Assembly (NCBI RefSeq): GCF_001422205.1
Contig: NZ_LMMJ01000009.1
Location: forward strand, 456,841 to 480,840
Origin: Curtobacterium sp. Leaf261
GTDB lineage: Bacteria; Actinomycetota; Actinomycetes; Actinomycetales; Microbacteriaceae
Direction: 5' to 3'
Length of the DNA stretch: 24,000 nucleotides
Made by a program: the position numbers and the translations under genes. Below, in pieces: positions 24,000 to 24,000 of this stretch (position 1 is the first letter of the stretch; each line of letters starts with the position of its first letter). The notes under the pieces were generated by a model that searched no databases, was not told the origin of the DNA, and saw only the letters and a list, made by a program, of their open reading frames with translations.

Positions 24000-24000
24000 C

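Noticed and set aside
1-24000. Mobile elements, prophage, defence islands, tRNA or rRNA genes
   Set aside because: Reading both strands, I found no integrase, transposase, recombinase, phage structural, restriction-modification, toxin-antitoxin or nuclease/helicase defence-type proteins. I also found no tRNA-like T-arm (GGTTCGAATCC-type) sequences. Composition is uniform apart from small promoter-sized AT-rich patches.

Overview
Very GC-rich sequence (over 70% G+C by eye). It reads as ordinary actinobacterial chromosome, and the gene content and codon style suggest a Micrococcales/Microbacteriaceae-like organism, though that placement is inference only. I call 25 protein-coding genes. I see no rRNA or tRNA, no transposase, integrase or phage genes, and no CRISPR. 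Most long ORFs in the six-frame track are stop-codon-poor GC artefacts lying antisense to, or 5'-extended from, the real genes.

Gene order, left to right:
- (i) A translationally coupled five-gene operon on the + strand: PLP deaminase, IclR regulator, KDG kinase, KDPG aldolase, D-aminoacylase-type amidohydrolase.
- (ii) A GAF-PucR regulator divergent from an MFS transporter and an alpha/beta hydrolase.
- (iii) RidA divergent from a polytopic GT-C/PIG-V-like membrane protein.
- (iv) A minus-strand run: PNPOx-like protein, a 222-aa hypothetical protein, an LLM flavin oxidoreductase, a G/Q/Y-repeat membrane protein, and an NRDE/TANGO2-family protein.
- (v) coaBC, a DoxX-like protein, DUF1810, GntR, MarR, a membrane-anchored transglycosylase-like wall hydrolase, and a MOSC protein.
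- (vi) Minus-strand cysK-cysE-yjbR.

Most noteworthy observations:
- The first operon looks like a D-glucosaminate / N-acetyl-D-glucosaminate (oxidised chitin) to KDG to KDPG route.
- Two unrelated families of hairpin-containing intergenic tandem repeats (25 bp x4 and 55 bp x3) bracket the 222-aa hypothetical gene. Each family has a solitary copy elsewhere in the window.
- The NRDE/TANGO2 homologue sits head-to-head with coaBC, which is outside its usual gmk-rpoZ-coaBC-metK context.
- A 364-nt non-coding leader precedes the wall-hydrolase gene.
- Short tandem duplications are unusually dense across the window.

All functional calls come from motif recognition by eye. No database search was possible, and start codons are the least certain part of the annotation.
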